NCBI GenBank assembly: GCA_038245785.1
Contig: JBBRSB010000004.1
Coordinates: forward strand, 111,961-175,960
Length of the DNA stretch: 64,000 nt
Reading direction: 5' to 3'
From: Gloeobacterales cyanobacterium
GTDB taxonomy: Bacteria; Cyanobacteriota; Cyanobacteriia; Gloeobacterales; PMM-0068
Shown: positions 52,798 through 64,000 of the stretch, piece by piece
How positions within the stretch are numbered: position 1 is the first letter of the stretch
Layout: the number at the start of each line of letters is the position of its first letter
Made by a program: the position numbers and the translations under genes
Notes under the pieces: generated by a model
The model's database searches: none
Seen by the model: only the letters and a program-made list of their open reading frames with translations
Told to the model about the DNA's origin: nothing

Positions 52798-53133
52798 TCA
52801 GTGCGGAACCCGACGAGAAAGTAGTTGTTCTTCCAGGGCGGCAATACGGTTATAGGCAGCAGTTAGCTGTGCCGTAAGGCGTTGCACCTGGATTTCAGGA
52901 GTAATCAACTTGCCATTGGTAGATGGCTTAGAAGTTATTTCTTCCTCCTCGCCAAGAATATCCTTTTCAGGTTGACGATAAGCAGTAGCATAGCCACTTG
53001 CTTGAGGTTGAGGATGTAACTCCTTTTGATTGAGCGCCTCAGCAATCCGTACGGGGAGTACGGCCATAGCTTTCTTCAGTTCTTCTAAAGTCTGCTCTAT
53101 CATTTCAAATTTCTTCTGGCTTTGATCATCCAT
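52798..53133 (-). CDS. cyanobacterial coiled-coil hypothetical protein
   Basis: TPEIQVQRLTAQLTAAYNRIAALEEQLL. Confidence 0.8.
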   Translation of the reverse strand: MDDQSQKKFEMIEQTLEELKKAMAVLPVRIAEALNQKELHPQPQASGYATAYRQPEKDILGEEEEITSKPSTNGKLITPEIQVQRLTAQLTAAYNRIAALEEQLLSRRVPH

Positions 53134-53372
53134 AGGGACCGTCCCAAAAGATGGGGGTTCTCTATTAGCATAGTGAATGAATGATGAGAACTTATGATTG
53201 TTCGGAATGTCTTAAGAGTGTGCAAAAAGTGTCCTAAATGTTTCGCTTCGTAAACTAGATAAGTAATAGCAAAACAACCATTACCTATATGGGGAATATT
53301 CTCCCACAGAGCTGTTTCACGAGATCAGACGCAATTTCTAGAAGCAGAAAAAGTGATTTGTTCTGTTGAAAA

Positions 53373-53696
53373 TTACTGAGCAAGTGCTTGTAGCGCCACA
53401 CCTTCCTGCATGAGAAGTGCCTCTGCCATGAGCAGTGCATCTTCTATGTCAGGCCCGTATCCTAAAGCAAGCAGAAATGCTTGATTCGTGCGCAGAATCT
53501 GTCCTTCCACAGTTTTCAAAACCACATGCCAGGAGTGATATTCCGTCTGGAAACGTGACTTCACACCCTGATAAGTATAGGAAACCATGCCTTGAGGAGT
53601 GGAGAATAGTTTGGCCTGTATGGTTTGAGATACGTTATTCACAGAAGTACTCCTAAGGTCCAGCTTGCGTGTTTCTACTGAACTTAGAATGACCAA
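53373..53696 (-). CDS. hypothetical protein (start uncertain)
   Basis: 107-aa ORF occupying the gap. Confidence 0.5.
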   Translation of the reverse strand: MVILSSVETRKLDLRSTSVNNVSQTIQAKLFSTPQGMVSYTYQGVKSRFQTEYHSWHVVLKTVEGQILRTNQAFLLALGYGPDIEDALLMAEALLMQEGVALQALAQ

Positions 53697-53920
53697 AAGA
53701 GCAGGCCGATTACTCAGGGAAAATACTTAACTTAGTTTTCTCTAGATTTCATGCGCCTCTATTTTTCAAACACGCGCTGCATAGACGTCTTCAAAATTAG
53801 ACATCAAAAAACCCCAGAAAATTCCAGCAATTTACGTGAAAATGCGTAGATTTATCAGGTCCTAAATGAAGCATCGATAAATGGGTTTGGTATGGTGGAC
53901 GCAGACTAGCTGGAAATGTT

Positions 53921-54553
53921 GTGGAGATTTGGTTTTGGGCTGGGCTTAGTATTTTGATTGGCTATCTGCCGCTTGCTCAGTGGATAGTTCAACTCCTAAA
54001 AGGTCAAGACCTCAAGACGCTAGGAACAGGGAATATTGGCGTTTCGGCAGCCTTTCAACATGGAGGAGTGCCTGCCGGTATCTTGACGGTGCTTGCTGAG
54101 ATTGCACGTTCGTTGGCAGTGGTCTTTGTAGCCCATATCCTCACAGGCACAGGTTTTTGGGAATCCGTATGTCTGGTAGCGCTTGTTTTTGGTCGCAATT
54201 TGGGCGGTGGCGGTGGGGTCACGAATGTCTTCTGGGGCGGGTTAATTTATAGCCCTTGGACCGTCTTGGGAGTGGTGGCCTCCGGCAGCATTTTATTTCT
54301 CTTGACTCGTAATCGCCATTGGGCTCGTGCGTATGTTTACGGATCTCTGCCTTTTTGGATTTACGCTACCGAGCGAAATCTGCCAGAAGTCATGGTGGCG
54401 GTCGTTTTATCGCTTTTGTTAGCGTGGATGGACCGTAACATAGCGGACGATTTAGATCTTGAGCAACCAGGAGGTAATCGTAATCAGGGTTCAAAAATAG
54501 TGCAAAGTTTTTTACAGGGCAAAACTTCTGGCAGTCATCCTAAGTCACCATGA
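53921..54553 (+). CDS. PlsY-like (glycerol-3-phosphate acyltransferase family) membrane protein, divergent
   Basis: IGYLP, DL..LGTGNIG motif 1, GGGGVT motif-2-like; HxxNI motif 3 not evident. Confidence 0.8.
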   Translation: MEIWFWAGLSILIGYLPLAQWIVQLLKGQDLKTLGTGNIGVSAAFQHGGVPAGILTVLAEIARSLAVVFVAHILTGTGFWESVCLVALVFGRNLGGGGGVTNVFWGGLIYSPWTVLGVVASGSILFLLTRNRHWARAYVYGSLPFWIYATERNLPEVMVAVVLSLLLAWMDRNIADDLDLEQPGGNRNQGSKIVQSFLQGKTSGSHPKSP

Positions 54554-56820
54554 AACTTCCTTCCTTACAACAAAACTCTTCCCCCCAAGAGATTGGTTAT
54601 AAAGCGTATCGGTTAAACCAATTGCTCAATGCAGGATTTCCTGTGTCCCCCGGCTGGGTAGTTCCCATTGACTGGCCTGATCCGATCCGGATTCCTTTTG
54701 GCTTTCAGACTACTTATGCCGTCCGTTCATCAGCCTTGGGGGAAGATGACGAACAGCAGTCTGCCGCAGGACGCTATCGGACGTTCTTAAATGTAGACAC
54801 CCGTCAGACTTTAGAAGAGGCCGTTCAACAGGTCCGAGATTCCTATGGACAAGAACAGGGAGCAGTTCTGATTCAAAAAATGGTACAAGCCCAGTGGAGT
54901 GGTGTCCTTTTTACCCGAGACCCGATTGAAGGGCAGCCGTTCTACATCCTGGAAGGCAGTCCAGGTATTGGAGGCGTTGTCTCAGGCAAGGAAACTCCCC
55001 AACAGCTACGCATCGCCCATAAAGAGCCTACATTGCCCAATGAAGAGGCCTTGGCATTCTTGCCGGGCGAGGTTGTTCGGCAGCTTCTAGACTATGGCCA
55101 ACGCATCGAAAACTTGTTTGATGGTTTACCCCAAGATATCGAGTGGGCCTGGGACGGTACTAAGCTTTGGATCCTACAAGCGCGTCCAATTACCAACTTG
55201 CTTCCTATGTGGACCCGCAAGATTGCCAGCGAGGTGATTCCCGGAGCAATCCGGCCCCTGACATGGTCTATCAATCGTCCGCTCACCTGTGGAGTTTGGG
55301 GAGAATTGTTCACCTTAGTTCTCCAAGAACGAGCCCAGGGACTTGATTTTGAACAAACGGCAACCCTGCACCGCAGCCACGCCTACTTCAATGCCACCCT
55401 CCTCGGAGATATCTTCCGACGCATGGGATTACCCGAACAGGGATTAGCTTTTCTGGTGCGCGGAGAAAAATTTACCCGTCCTCCTCTAAAAGCGACGGTG
55501 CAGAACATCCCAGGTCTGTGGCAGCTCATTCAAAAAGAACGAAAGCTGATCAAGCAATTTAAGCGCGATCAAAGGCAACAGTTCATTCCGCTGATCCGCA
55601 AACTAGAAAAACTCCGCTACGAATGGATGGACCCTCAAGAACTTTGGCAACAAAGTCTAGAGATCCAGGTCGTCCTCGCAAGAGCAACGTTTTACAACAT
55701 CCTCGGTCCTCTGGGTTTTGCTCTGCGCAGTAAGCTCTTTGCTATCCCGGATCCTTGGCTGCGCGAGGCTAGTAACAGGCTGCCAGAAGTTGCCTCGATC
55801 AAAGCACTGTCAAACTTAGCCAAGCGTGCTCGGACTCTACTAGGGTCTGAGCTCACCCAAGAGGCCGTTCTGCCAACGCTGCAAGAAAGCCCTGAAGGGA
55901 AAGCCCTGATCCAGGAACTAGAGACCTGGCTTCAGTACTATGGCTATCTCAGTGAAGTGGGGACTGATATTGCCGTTCCCACATGGAGAGAGAAGCCTCA
56001 AACTCTATACGACCTTTTTGCGACCTTAGTAGTGAGTGAACCGATTAAACCAGCAACGACCTATGATGAGGTTTTAGAAGAACAACCCCAAACGAAATTA
56101 GAGCACTGGCGGTTGGCTCAGGTCGCACCAAGGGCTCTATTAAAAGGGGCCATTGCTGACGTTTACGCACGCCTGCTCGCCCATATGCGTTGGATTTTGG
56201 TCCATCTAGAAGAACGCTGGCTAAAACAAGGGTTGCTCACCAAATCGGGAGATATTTTCTTCCTTGAAGTTTCGGAAATCCGTCAGCTCACCCACGACCC
56301 TGATCAGTTTGACCCTAAACCTCTGATCATCGACCGACGTCAACAGTATGACCAGGACAGTCAAGCCCACATCCCCGCCCTGGTCTACGGCAATCTGCTG
56401 CCGGAAGAAGCAGAACTAGAAACCGTGAATGTTGCAGTGTCCGGCAGGCGCAGCCGAGAAGCAGAGGGAACCCAGTTTCAAGGAATCCCCGGTAGTCCAG
56501 GGACTAAAGAAGGGACGATTCAGATCGTCACGAGCCTTCAGGGAGAATACACCATTGATCGCGAAACGATCTTGGTCGTTCCCTATACCGATGCTGGATG
56601 GGCTCCCCTTTTGGTTCAGGCCGGAGCCCTGATCTCAGAGGTGGGAGGACAACTTTCCCATGGGGCGATTGTGGCCCGAGAATATGGTTTACCGGCAGTC
56701 ATGAATATCGCCGGAGCGACCAAGAAATTTCAGAATGGTCAGCGAGTTAGAGTCGATGGCACCAAAGGAGGCGTGATCGTTTTAGAAGCAGCTTTAGAAA
56801 CTGAAACTGCTGAGCCGTAG
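54550..56820 (+). CDS. PEP-utilizing-family dikinase: ATP-grasp, helical domain, His swivel (RPH-like architecture)
   Basis: AVRSSA.GED, QDIEWA, LQARPIT; GGQLSHGAIVAREYGLPAV phospho-His motif. Confidence 0.9.
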   Translation: MKLPSLQQNSSPQEIGYKAYRLNQLLNAGFPVSPGWVVPIDWPDPIRIPFGFQTTYAVRSSALGEDDEQQSAAGRYRTFLNVDTRQTLEEAVQQVRDSYGQEQGAVLIQKMVQAQWSGVLFTRDPIEGQPFYILEGSPGIGGVVSGKETPQQLRIAHKEPTLPNEEALAFLPGEVVRQLLDYGQRIENLFDGLPQDIEWAWDGTKLWILQARPITNLLPMWTRKIASEVIPGAIRPLTWSINRPLTCGVWGELFTLVLQERAQGLDFEQTATLHRSHAYFNATLLGDIFRRMGLPEQGLAFLVRGEKFTRPPLKATVQNIPGLWQLIQKERKLIKQFKRDQRQQFIPLIRKLEKLRYEWMDPQELWQQSLEIQVVLARATFYNILGPLGFALRSKLFAIPDPWLREASNRLPEVASIKALSNLAKRARTLLGSELTQEAVLPTLQESPEGKALIQELETWLQYYGYLSEVGTDIAVPTWREKPQTLYDLFATLVVSEPIKPATTYDEVLEEQPQTKLEHWRLAQVAPRALLKGAIADVYARLLAHMRWILVHLEERWLKQGLLTKSGDIFFLEVSEIRQLTHDPDQFDPKPLIIDRRQQYDQDSQAHIPALVYGNLLPEEAELETVNVAVSGRRSREAEGTQFQGIPGSPGTKEGTIQIVTSLQGEYTIDRETILVVPYTDAGWAPLLVQAGALISEVGGQLSHGAIVAREYGLPAVMNIAGATKKFQNGQRVRVDGTKGGVIVLEAALETETAEP

Positions 56821-56882
56821 GCAATTTTGGTGCCTAAAGCTCAGCAGTTTGCTCATTTTTTTAGTTGTACGACTGTTTCGCT

Positions 56883-57437
56883 TTACGACTTCTTGCCGAT
56901 AGGGGAGATGATTTGAATCATCAAACGACCCTCTTGCATAGGCCTTTGCGTGACTTGACCAAGCTCTTCCAGGTCCTTAGCAAAGCGGGTCAACAGTTGC
57001 TCAGCAATAGCCGCATGCTGTGCTTCCCGACCTTTAAAACGAAGCGTACACTTCACGCGGTCGCCCTTAGTCAAGAAGGTGCGCGCCGCCCGGAGGCGGA
57101 CTTGATAATCGTGGTCGGCGATTTGATAGGAAAACTTAAGTTCCTTCACCTCCACCTGCATTTGATTCTTTTTGGCTTCCCGAGCACGTTTCTCTTTCTC
57201 GTACTTGAACTTGCCATAATCCTGGACCCGACAAACCGGGGGATTGGCATCGGGGCTGACCAATACCATATCTAACTCTTGTTCACGAGCCACCTGAAGC
57301 GCATCCCGAGAATCCATGACACCCAGATTGCTGCCGTCACTATTTATCAAACGAACCGTGGGGAACCGGGTAAGCCGCTCATTAATGTCAGGGACATCCT
57401 GACGGGGCCGATCTGCTCTTTTAAACCGACTAACCAA
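56883..57437 (-). CDS. infC: translation initiation factor IF-3 (TTG start)
   Basis: INE, PPVC...DYGKFKYE, KELK, HDY, FKGRE. Confidence 0.97.
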   Translation of the reverse strand: MVSRFKRADRPRQDVPDINERLTRFPTVRLINSDGSNLGVMDSRDALQVAREQELDMVLVSPDANPPVCRVQDYGKFKYEKEKRAREAKKNQMQVEVKELKFSYQIADHDYQVRLRAARTFLTKGDRVKCTLRFKGREAQHAAIAEQLLTRFAKDLEELGQVTQRPMQEGRLMIQIISPIGKKS

Positions 57438-57606
57438 TAGACTATGTACTCCGAACGAAAGGACAAGGGTTACTCAAGCTGCTATTCTCATGCATACAAA
57501 TTCAAAAACCGCCTACAGAAGACTATACGCGTAGCCTCAATGTAGCAAATTGTTTGAGGGGCAGCGTATAAAGATTTCACCCTTTGCTCTGTCTAGCCAA
57601 CCCTGG

Positions 57607-59866
<2,260 letters not shown>

Positions 59867-60037
59867 CTATTTTATAGAGTGTTGTGCGATGTACGCACAG
59901 GGATTGGGTGACAGAAAAAATACAGCCTTACCGGATCAGGTCCTCAACGGTTGTGGCAACACTTAACTCCTAAGGCAGAGGTTGTATTTTATCCTTACTC
60001 TAGAATGTAAATATGTAGACGTAAGCAGGATTTTGGA

Positions 60038-60733
60038 ATGCTTAAGAAATTTCCTGTTACTATTTATTGCATTTTAGTCATGACAGCTTTGGCTCCATCT
60101 TTAGCTTTGGCTGCAACCGCAGATATGCCCAAGCAGCAAGCAGTTATTCAAGAACTCCAAACCGTTGATTCCTACCTCAAAGAAGGAGTCAGACTTTATC
60201 AGGAAGGGGATATCAAAGGAGTAGAAACGGTACTCCAAAAGGCAATCAAACTGGAACCTAATAACGCTGCACTCCATAGCAATTTAGGAATTGTTCTAGC
60301 GGATCAGAATAGATTCAGTGAGTCTATTCATGAATACAGAGAAGCAGTACGTCTCAGTCCAAACAATCCGATTTTTCACAATAATTTAGGGAATGTACTC
60401 AGTCGTGTGGGTGACCTGCCAGGAGCGAGTACAGAGTACCGTGAAGCCATTCGTCTCAATCCCGAATACGCATTAGCATACTTTAATTTAGGAACTGTAC
60501 TAGGTGGCTTAAAAAAATTAGAAAACTCTAACGCCGCCTACAAAAAAGCTATCTCCCTTGAGCCTAAATTTGCCCCAGCCTATGCAAACTTGGGACTTAA
60601 CCTTTATGCTCAAGGTAAGCAAAAGAAAAGCGTAGAATATCTTAAGCAGGCCAGGGCCTTATTCAATGAGCAAGGCATGCTGGAAGATTCAGAAACGGTC
60701 AATCAGATTCTCAAAATAATTCAGACCCATTAA
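60038..60733 (+). CDS. secreted TPR protein
   Basis: Signal peptide; about five A..NLG TPR units. Confidence 0.9.
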   Translation: MLKKFPVTIYCILVMTALAPSLALAATADMPKQQAVIQELQTVDSYLKEGVRLYQEGDIKGVETVLQKAIKLEPNNAALHSNLGIVLADQNRFSESIHEYREAVRLSPNNPIFHNNLGNVLSRVGDLPGASTEYREAIRLNPEYALAYFNLGTVLGGLKKLENSNAAYKKAISLEPKFAPAYANLGLNLYAQGKQKKSVEYLKQARALFNEQGMLEDSETVNQILKIIQTH

Positions 60734-60944
60734 TCAATTTAATGGACATTTAAGCAACTCAGACGTTATAGATTAAAAGCCTTATTTATCTACGTATTTC
60801 GATACTGGGGCGTACTAGAAACTGTAAAGGTAGACACACCAAATCTTTGATACAAAAGCACATATTTTAGCCTCGTACTGATCAGTCCCCCTTGCTCTAC
60901 TCTTAATACAGACATACTAGAGATATAGTTTCTTCCCCAGTCCT

Positions 60945-61631
60945 ATGGAATCGGCTTTAATCATTTGTGGTTTTTGGTTCGCTTTTGCAGGGAGTCACAC
61001 CTTGCTTTCTTCCGCATGGCTACGTCCTGTCCTTGCGGAGAGACTGGGGCAAAAGTTTTTTCTTGTCTATTCAGCCGTTGCCTTGATTACGTTTTTGCCC
61101 ATGACCATCTACTACGGGAAACATAAGCATATGGGGTCCTTACTTTGGGAGGATGGCCCTCGGCCTATAACCTATACATTGATGGCCCTGACCGTATTCT
61201 TCCTAGCCTCTAGCTTCATTACCCCGCCCCCTGGTTCCTTACAGGGTGGTGGCAGTATGGCGGTGCAAGGCATCGGCAAAATCACCCGTCATCCTGGGTT
61301 TGTTGCGTTTATCTGCTTTGGGCTAGCGCACCTAAATGTCAATGGCTATCTTAGTGACTTAGCCTTCTGGGGAGGATGGGTCCTCTATACCCCCTTTGGA
61401 GCGTGGCATCAGGAGCAACGAAAACTCAGAGAAGCCCCAGAGGCATACCAAGAGGTGCTTTCTAAAACCTCATTTATTCCTGGGTTAGCGATTCTCCAAG
61501 GCCGTCAGAAGTTTTCTCTAGGAGAATTGGGTTGGGCTCCTTGGGTTGCCACCCCCATTGGCATTTTGCTCTTGATTCAAGCCCATCCTTATCTTGCTGG
61601 CGTATCGCTCATCAAAAATATGGCTCCATGA
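60945..61631 (+). CDS. second NnrU family membrane protein
   Basis: FAGSH, YSAVAL, KITRHP, AHL..NG, TSFIP. Confidence 0.85.
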   Translation: MESALIICGFWFAFAGSHTLLSSAWLRPVLAERLGQKFFLVYSAVALITFLPMTIYYGKHKHMGSLLWEDGPRPITYTLMALTVFFLASSFITPPPGSLQGGGSMAVQGIGKITRHPGFVAFICFGLAHLNVNGYLSDLAFWGGWVLYTPFGAWHQEQRKLREAPEAYQEVLSKTSFIPGLAILQGRQKFSLGELGWAPWVATPIGILLLIQAHPYLAGVSLIKNMAP

Positions 61632-61927
61632 AAAAGATATTTTCTCGTCTCTTAAGTATTCTTGTCAGTGTTATCTGTGCCTACGGGGTATGGTTTCCTC
61701 TTCAGCACACCTACAATCGCGTAGAAGAAATTTCTAACCGCACGATTCCTACAAACCTATCGAAGAAAGACCAGAGCAATAAGGTCCTATCGCTCCAAAT
61801 AGAATCTGGCGTATGGAATCTAGCCTTCGCTGGTAGTGTGATCTTGTTCCTTCTGTTTGCCACCACCGCAGTGGGAGTTCTGCTACTTACGCTGAAGGAA
61901 TTAAGTAGTGACGGGGAGATATCTTAG
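61628..61927 (+). CDS. small two-TM hypothetical protein
   Basis: ATG overlaps the NnrU stop (ATGA); two hydrophobic segments. Confidence 0.6.
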   Translation: MKKIFSRLLSILVSVICAYGVWFPLQHTYNRVEEISNRTIPTNLSKKDQSNKVLSLQIESGVWNLAFAGSVILFLLFATTAVGVLLLTLKELSSDGEIS

Positions 61928-62310
61928 AAGGCCTAAGTTTTAGTGCCTCGACTGACAGCGCACATCGTGAAATTCTCGTAGCTGCCTATGGACAGCCTTA
62001 CGGAGAACTGCGTAATTCTACTAGGCTTACATGTATTCCAGAGCACATAGTTAATTTTTTTCAGTGCTATCTTATGAAAAGGGCAGAAGTAAGTGTTAGC
62101 TATTCAAAGCTTCTCGGCGATAGAAGGGTCAAAGTCAAAAGGAATTAAATAACATCTTTTCTACGATTCAAAACGTAGTGGGCTTTTCGAGACGGCACCT
62201 TTGAGTGCGCTTTAGAAGACTATAACAAGGGTCCAGTGTCTTTATTTCTCCTGTCTTTTTCTTTGTATTTGAGTAAGGCTTTATCAACAGTATTCTATAG
62301 CTAGATAATT

Positions 62311-62350
62311 TCAACTGTTGGCTTAAGAAGTTTCTTAAGCCAACAGTTGA
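62311..62350. repeat. perfect 19-bp inverted repeat with 2-nt spacer
   Basis: TCAACTGTTGGCTTAAGAA-GT-TTCTTAAGCCAACAGTTGA. Confidence 0.9.
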
Positions 62351-62520
62351 GATGGAAGCCGTTCATGATTGCTATTTAGACAATCAAGATCATCTAACTC
62401 TTCACAAGAGAATATCTGGCTAGTATTGAAAGTGTTCCTAGCAAATCAGAAGCAGATTGGTTCTGGATAAAACAATAAATTTAATAATCAATTTCTTTCC
62501 AGTCTATATAGGTGCTTAAG

Positions 62521-63669
62521 ATGCAAATCGCTATCGTTCATGATTATTTGAATCAGTGCGGAGGCGCAGAGCGGGTAGTTTGTGAGCTAGCTGCACTCTA
62601 TCGTGAAGCACCCATTTATACCTCCATTTATAATCCAGACTTGACTTGGCCAGAATTAAAGGACGCGTCTATCCATACTTCCTGGTTACAAAACCTACCC
62701 TTCAGCCATAAATATTTTAAGCTCCTGCTGCCCTTTTACCCATCAGTTTTCGGGGGGTTGAAGCTTTCTGGCTACGATGTTATTCTCTCCTCTTCCAGTT
62801 CCTTCGCCAAGGGAGTGCAGACTGATGAAGGAACTATCCACATTTGCTACTGTCATTCTCCAACCCGCTTTTTGTGGTTCTATGACGATTATGTCCGCAA
62901 AGAAAGATATGCCGAGACCCTTCAGCGTTTACCTTTTCCGCTGGTTGGTTTGATAGTTTATCTGCTACGCAATTGGGACTTAGTTGCATGCCATCGACCG
63001 GATTACTATATTGCGAATTCCGTGGCAGTTCAAGGACGTATCCGAAAAATTTATCACAGAGACTCTTGTGTTATCCACCCACCGGTTGATGTAGACCGAT
63101 TCCAAGTAAATCCGCTTGACGAAGGTTACTACTTGGTCGTTTCCCGATTAAATGCATACAAGCGTATAGATCTGGCGATTCAAGCTTTTAACGAGCTGTC
63201 TTTGCCCCTGGTTATTGTCGGTGATGGCCCTCAACGTCGGGTTTTAGAAAAGATGGCACGGTCGAATATTCATTTCAAGGGACATTTGTCCGATCAAGAA
63301 GTCACCCGCTACTTTGAAGGATGCCGCGCGTTTATTTTCCCTGGAGAGGAAGACTTTGGAATCACTCCTTTAGAAGCAAACGCTTGTGGTAAACCTGTGA
63401 TTGCCTATGCCTCAGGTGGTGCTCTAGATAGCGTTCGCGAAGGTATCAATGGAGTGTTTTTTCGCGCCCAGACGGTGCCAGCCCTCAAAGAAGCAGTCCA
63501 CTCCAGCGAGAAGATGGATTGGGATCCTAAAGCAATCCGTGCTCATGCAGAAGGCTTCAGTCCCAAGATCTTCAAGCAAAAAATTGCGCAATTCGTCCAT
63601 CAAGTCGTGATGGATGCGAAAACGTCGGAACATACACCTCCCCAATCAGCCTTTGAGACCACCTCCTAA
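62521..63669 (+). CDS. GT4 glycosyltransferase (WbaZ-like)
   Basis: AIVHDYL...GGAERV, CYCHSP.R, EDFGITPLEA. Confidence 0.93.
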   Translation: MQIAIVHDYLNQCGGAERVVCELAALYREAPIYTSIYNPDLTWPELKDASIHTSWLQNLPFSHKYFKLLLPFYPSVFGGLKLSGYDVILSSSSSFAKGVQTDEGTIHICYCHSPTRFLWFYDDYVRKERYAETLQRLPFPLVGLIVYLLRNWDLVACHRPDYYIANSVAVQGRIRKIYHRDSCVIHPPVDVDRFQVNPLDEGYYLVVSRLNAYKRIDLAIQAFNELSLPLVIVGDGPQRRVLEKMARSNIHFKGHLSDQEVTRYFEGCRAFIFPGEEDFGITPLEANACGKPVIAYASGGALDSVREGINGVFFRAQTVPALKEAVHSSEKMDWDPKAIRAHAEGFSPKIFKQKIAQFVHQVVMDAKTSEHTPPQSAFETTS

Positions 63670-63692
63670 ATCCCCTCTCGATGCCAAAATTA

Positions 63693-64000
63693 ATGGCCAA
63701 CATCTTGTTTGTAGATCACACCGCCAACTTAGGCGGAGGGGAACTATGCCTTCTAGATCTTGCCCTACTGCATCGTTCTAGCTGTAGGGTCGCCTTGCTC
63801 GCCGATGGACCTCTGTACAAGCGTCTTTTGGATTGCGGGATAAGCGTCAAAGTACTCAAAAGTTCTCCAGCCCTGCATCAGGTTCGTAAGAAGGTAAAGA
63901 TTTCGGCTATTCTCAAAGCTCTCAGTGGAGTCTTAGCAGATGCGCAGAAAATAGCAGCGGAGGCTAAGGATTGTGATGTGATCTGGGCAAACACCCATAA
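63693..64000 (+). CDS. GT4 glycosyltransferase, N-terminal part (runs off window)
   Basis: MANILFVDHTANLGGGELCLLDL...DVIWANT. Confidence 0.85.
   Translation, partial: MANILFVDHTANLGGGELCLLDLALLHRSSCRVALLADGPLYKRLLDCGISVKVLKSSPALHQVRKKVKISAILKALSGVLADAQKIAAEAKDCDVIWANTH

Noticed and set aside
56440..56465. GGCGCAGCC mini-hairpin in the dikinase linker as a third micro-insertion
   Set aside because: Only one hairpin, in a variable linker, and no empty site can be reconstructed without an alignment
54550..56820. Rifampicin resistance gene or PEP synthase
   Set aside because: It only shares the architecture; it has no pyruvate-binding barrel, and its context points to a membrane partner

Overview
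64 kb of a cyanobacterial chromosome. Markers are rpoB, glpX, crtP-crtB, a Z-ISO-like NnrU gene, a phycobiliprotein-fold gene, a PatD-like gene, DUF1830 and Uma2 genes. A Gloeobacterales-type basal lineage is inferred, not proven: rpoB is terminated and not followed by rpoC1, tatD is not beside rpoB, and HIP1 is nearly absent. The backbone is housekeeping genes (uvrC, hemB, tatD, queE, glpX, ispE, sppA, galE, prmA, rsmE, pepN, infC, crtB, crtP). Small accessory cassettes sit between them, many decaying: five toxin-antitoxin modules (four with a dead or missing toxin), a Fic gene, a dead IS3 element, a devBCA-type ABC operon with a nonsense codon in each gene, and a Uma2 pseudogene. Signals not shown by the ORF track: (i) two 22-24 nt double-mini-hairpin insertions inside genes; (ii) a hidden PNP/MTA-SAH nucleosidase remnant enclosed with the IS3 between 17-bp inverted REP-like arms; (iii) a TetR fused to a degenerate tyrosine-recombinase domain, with twin operators facing a desaturase; (iv) a coupled PlsY-like and phosphohistidine-dikinase gene pair; (v) several long intergenic hairpins. 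No CRISPR array, tRNA or rRNA was recognised. Family assignments come from motif recognition by eye, without database searches.
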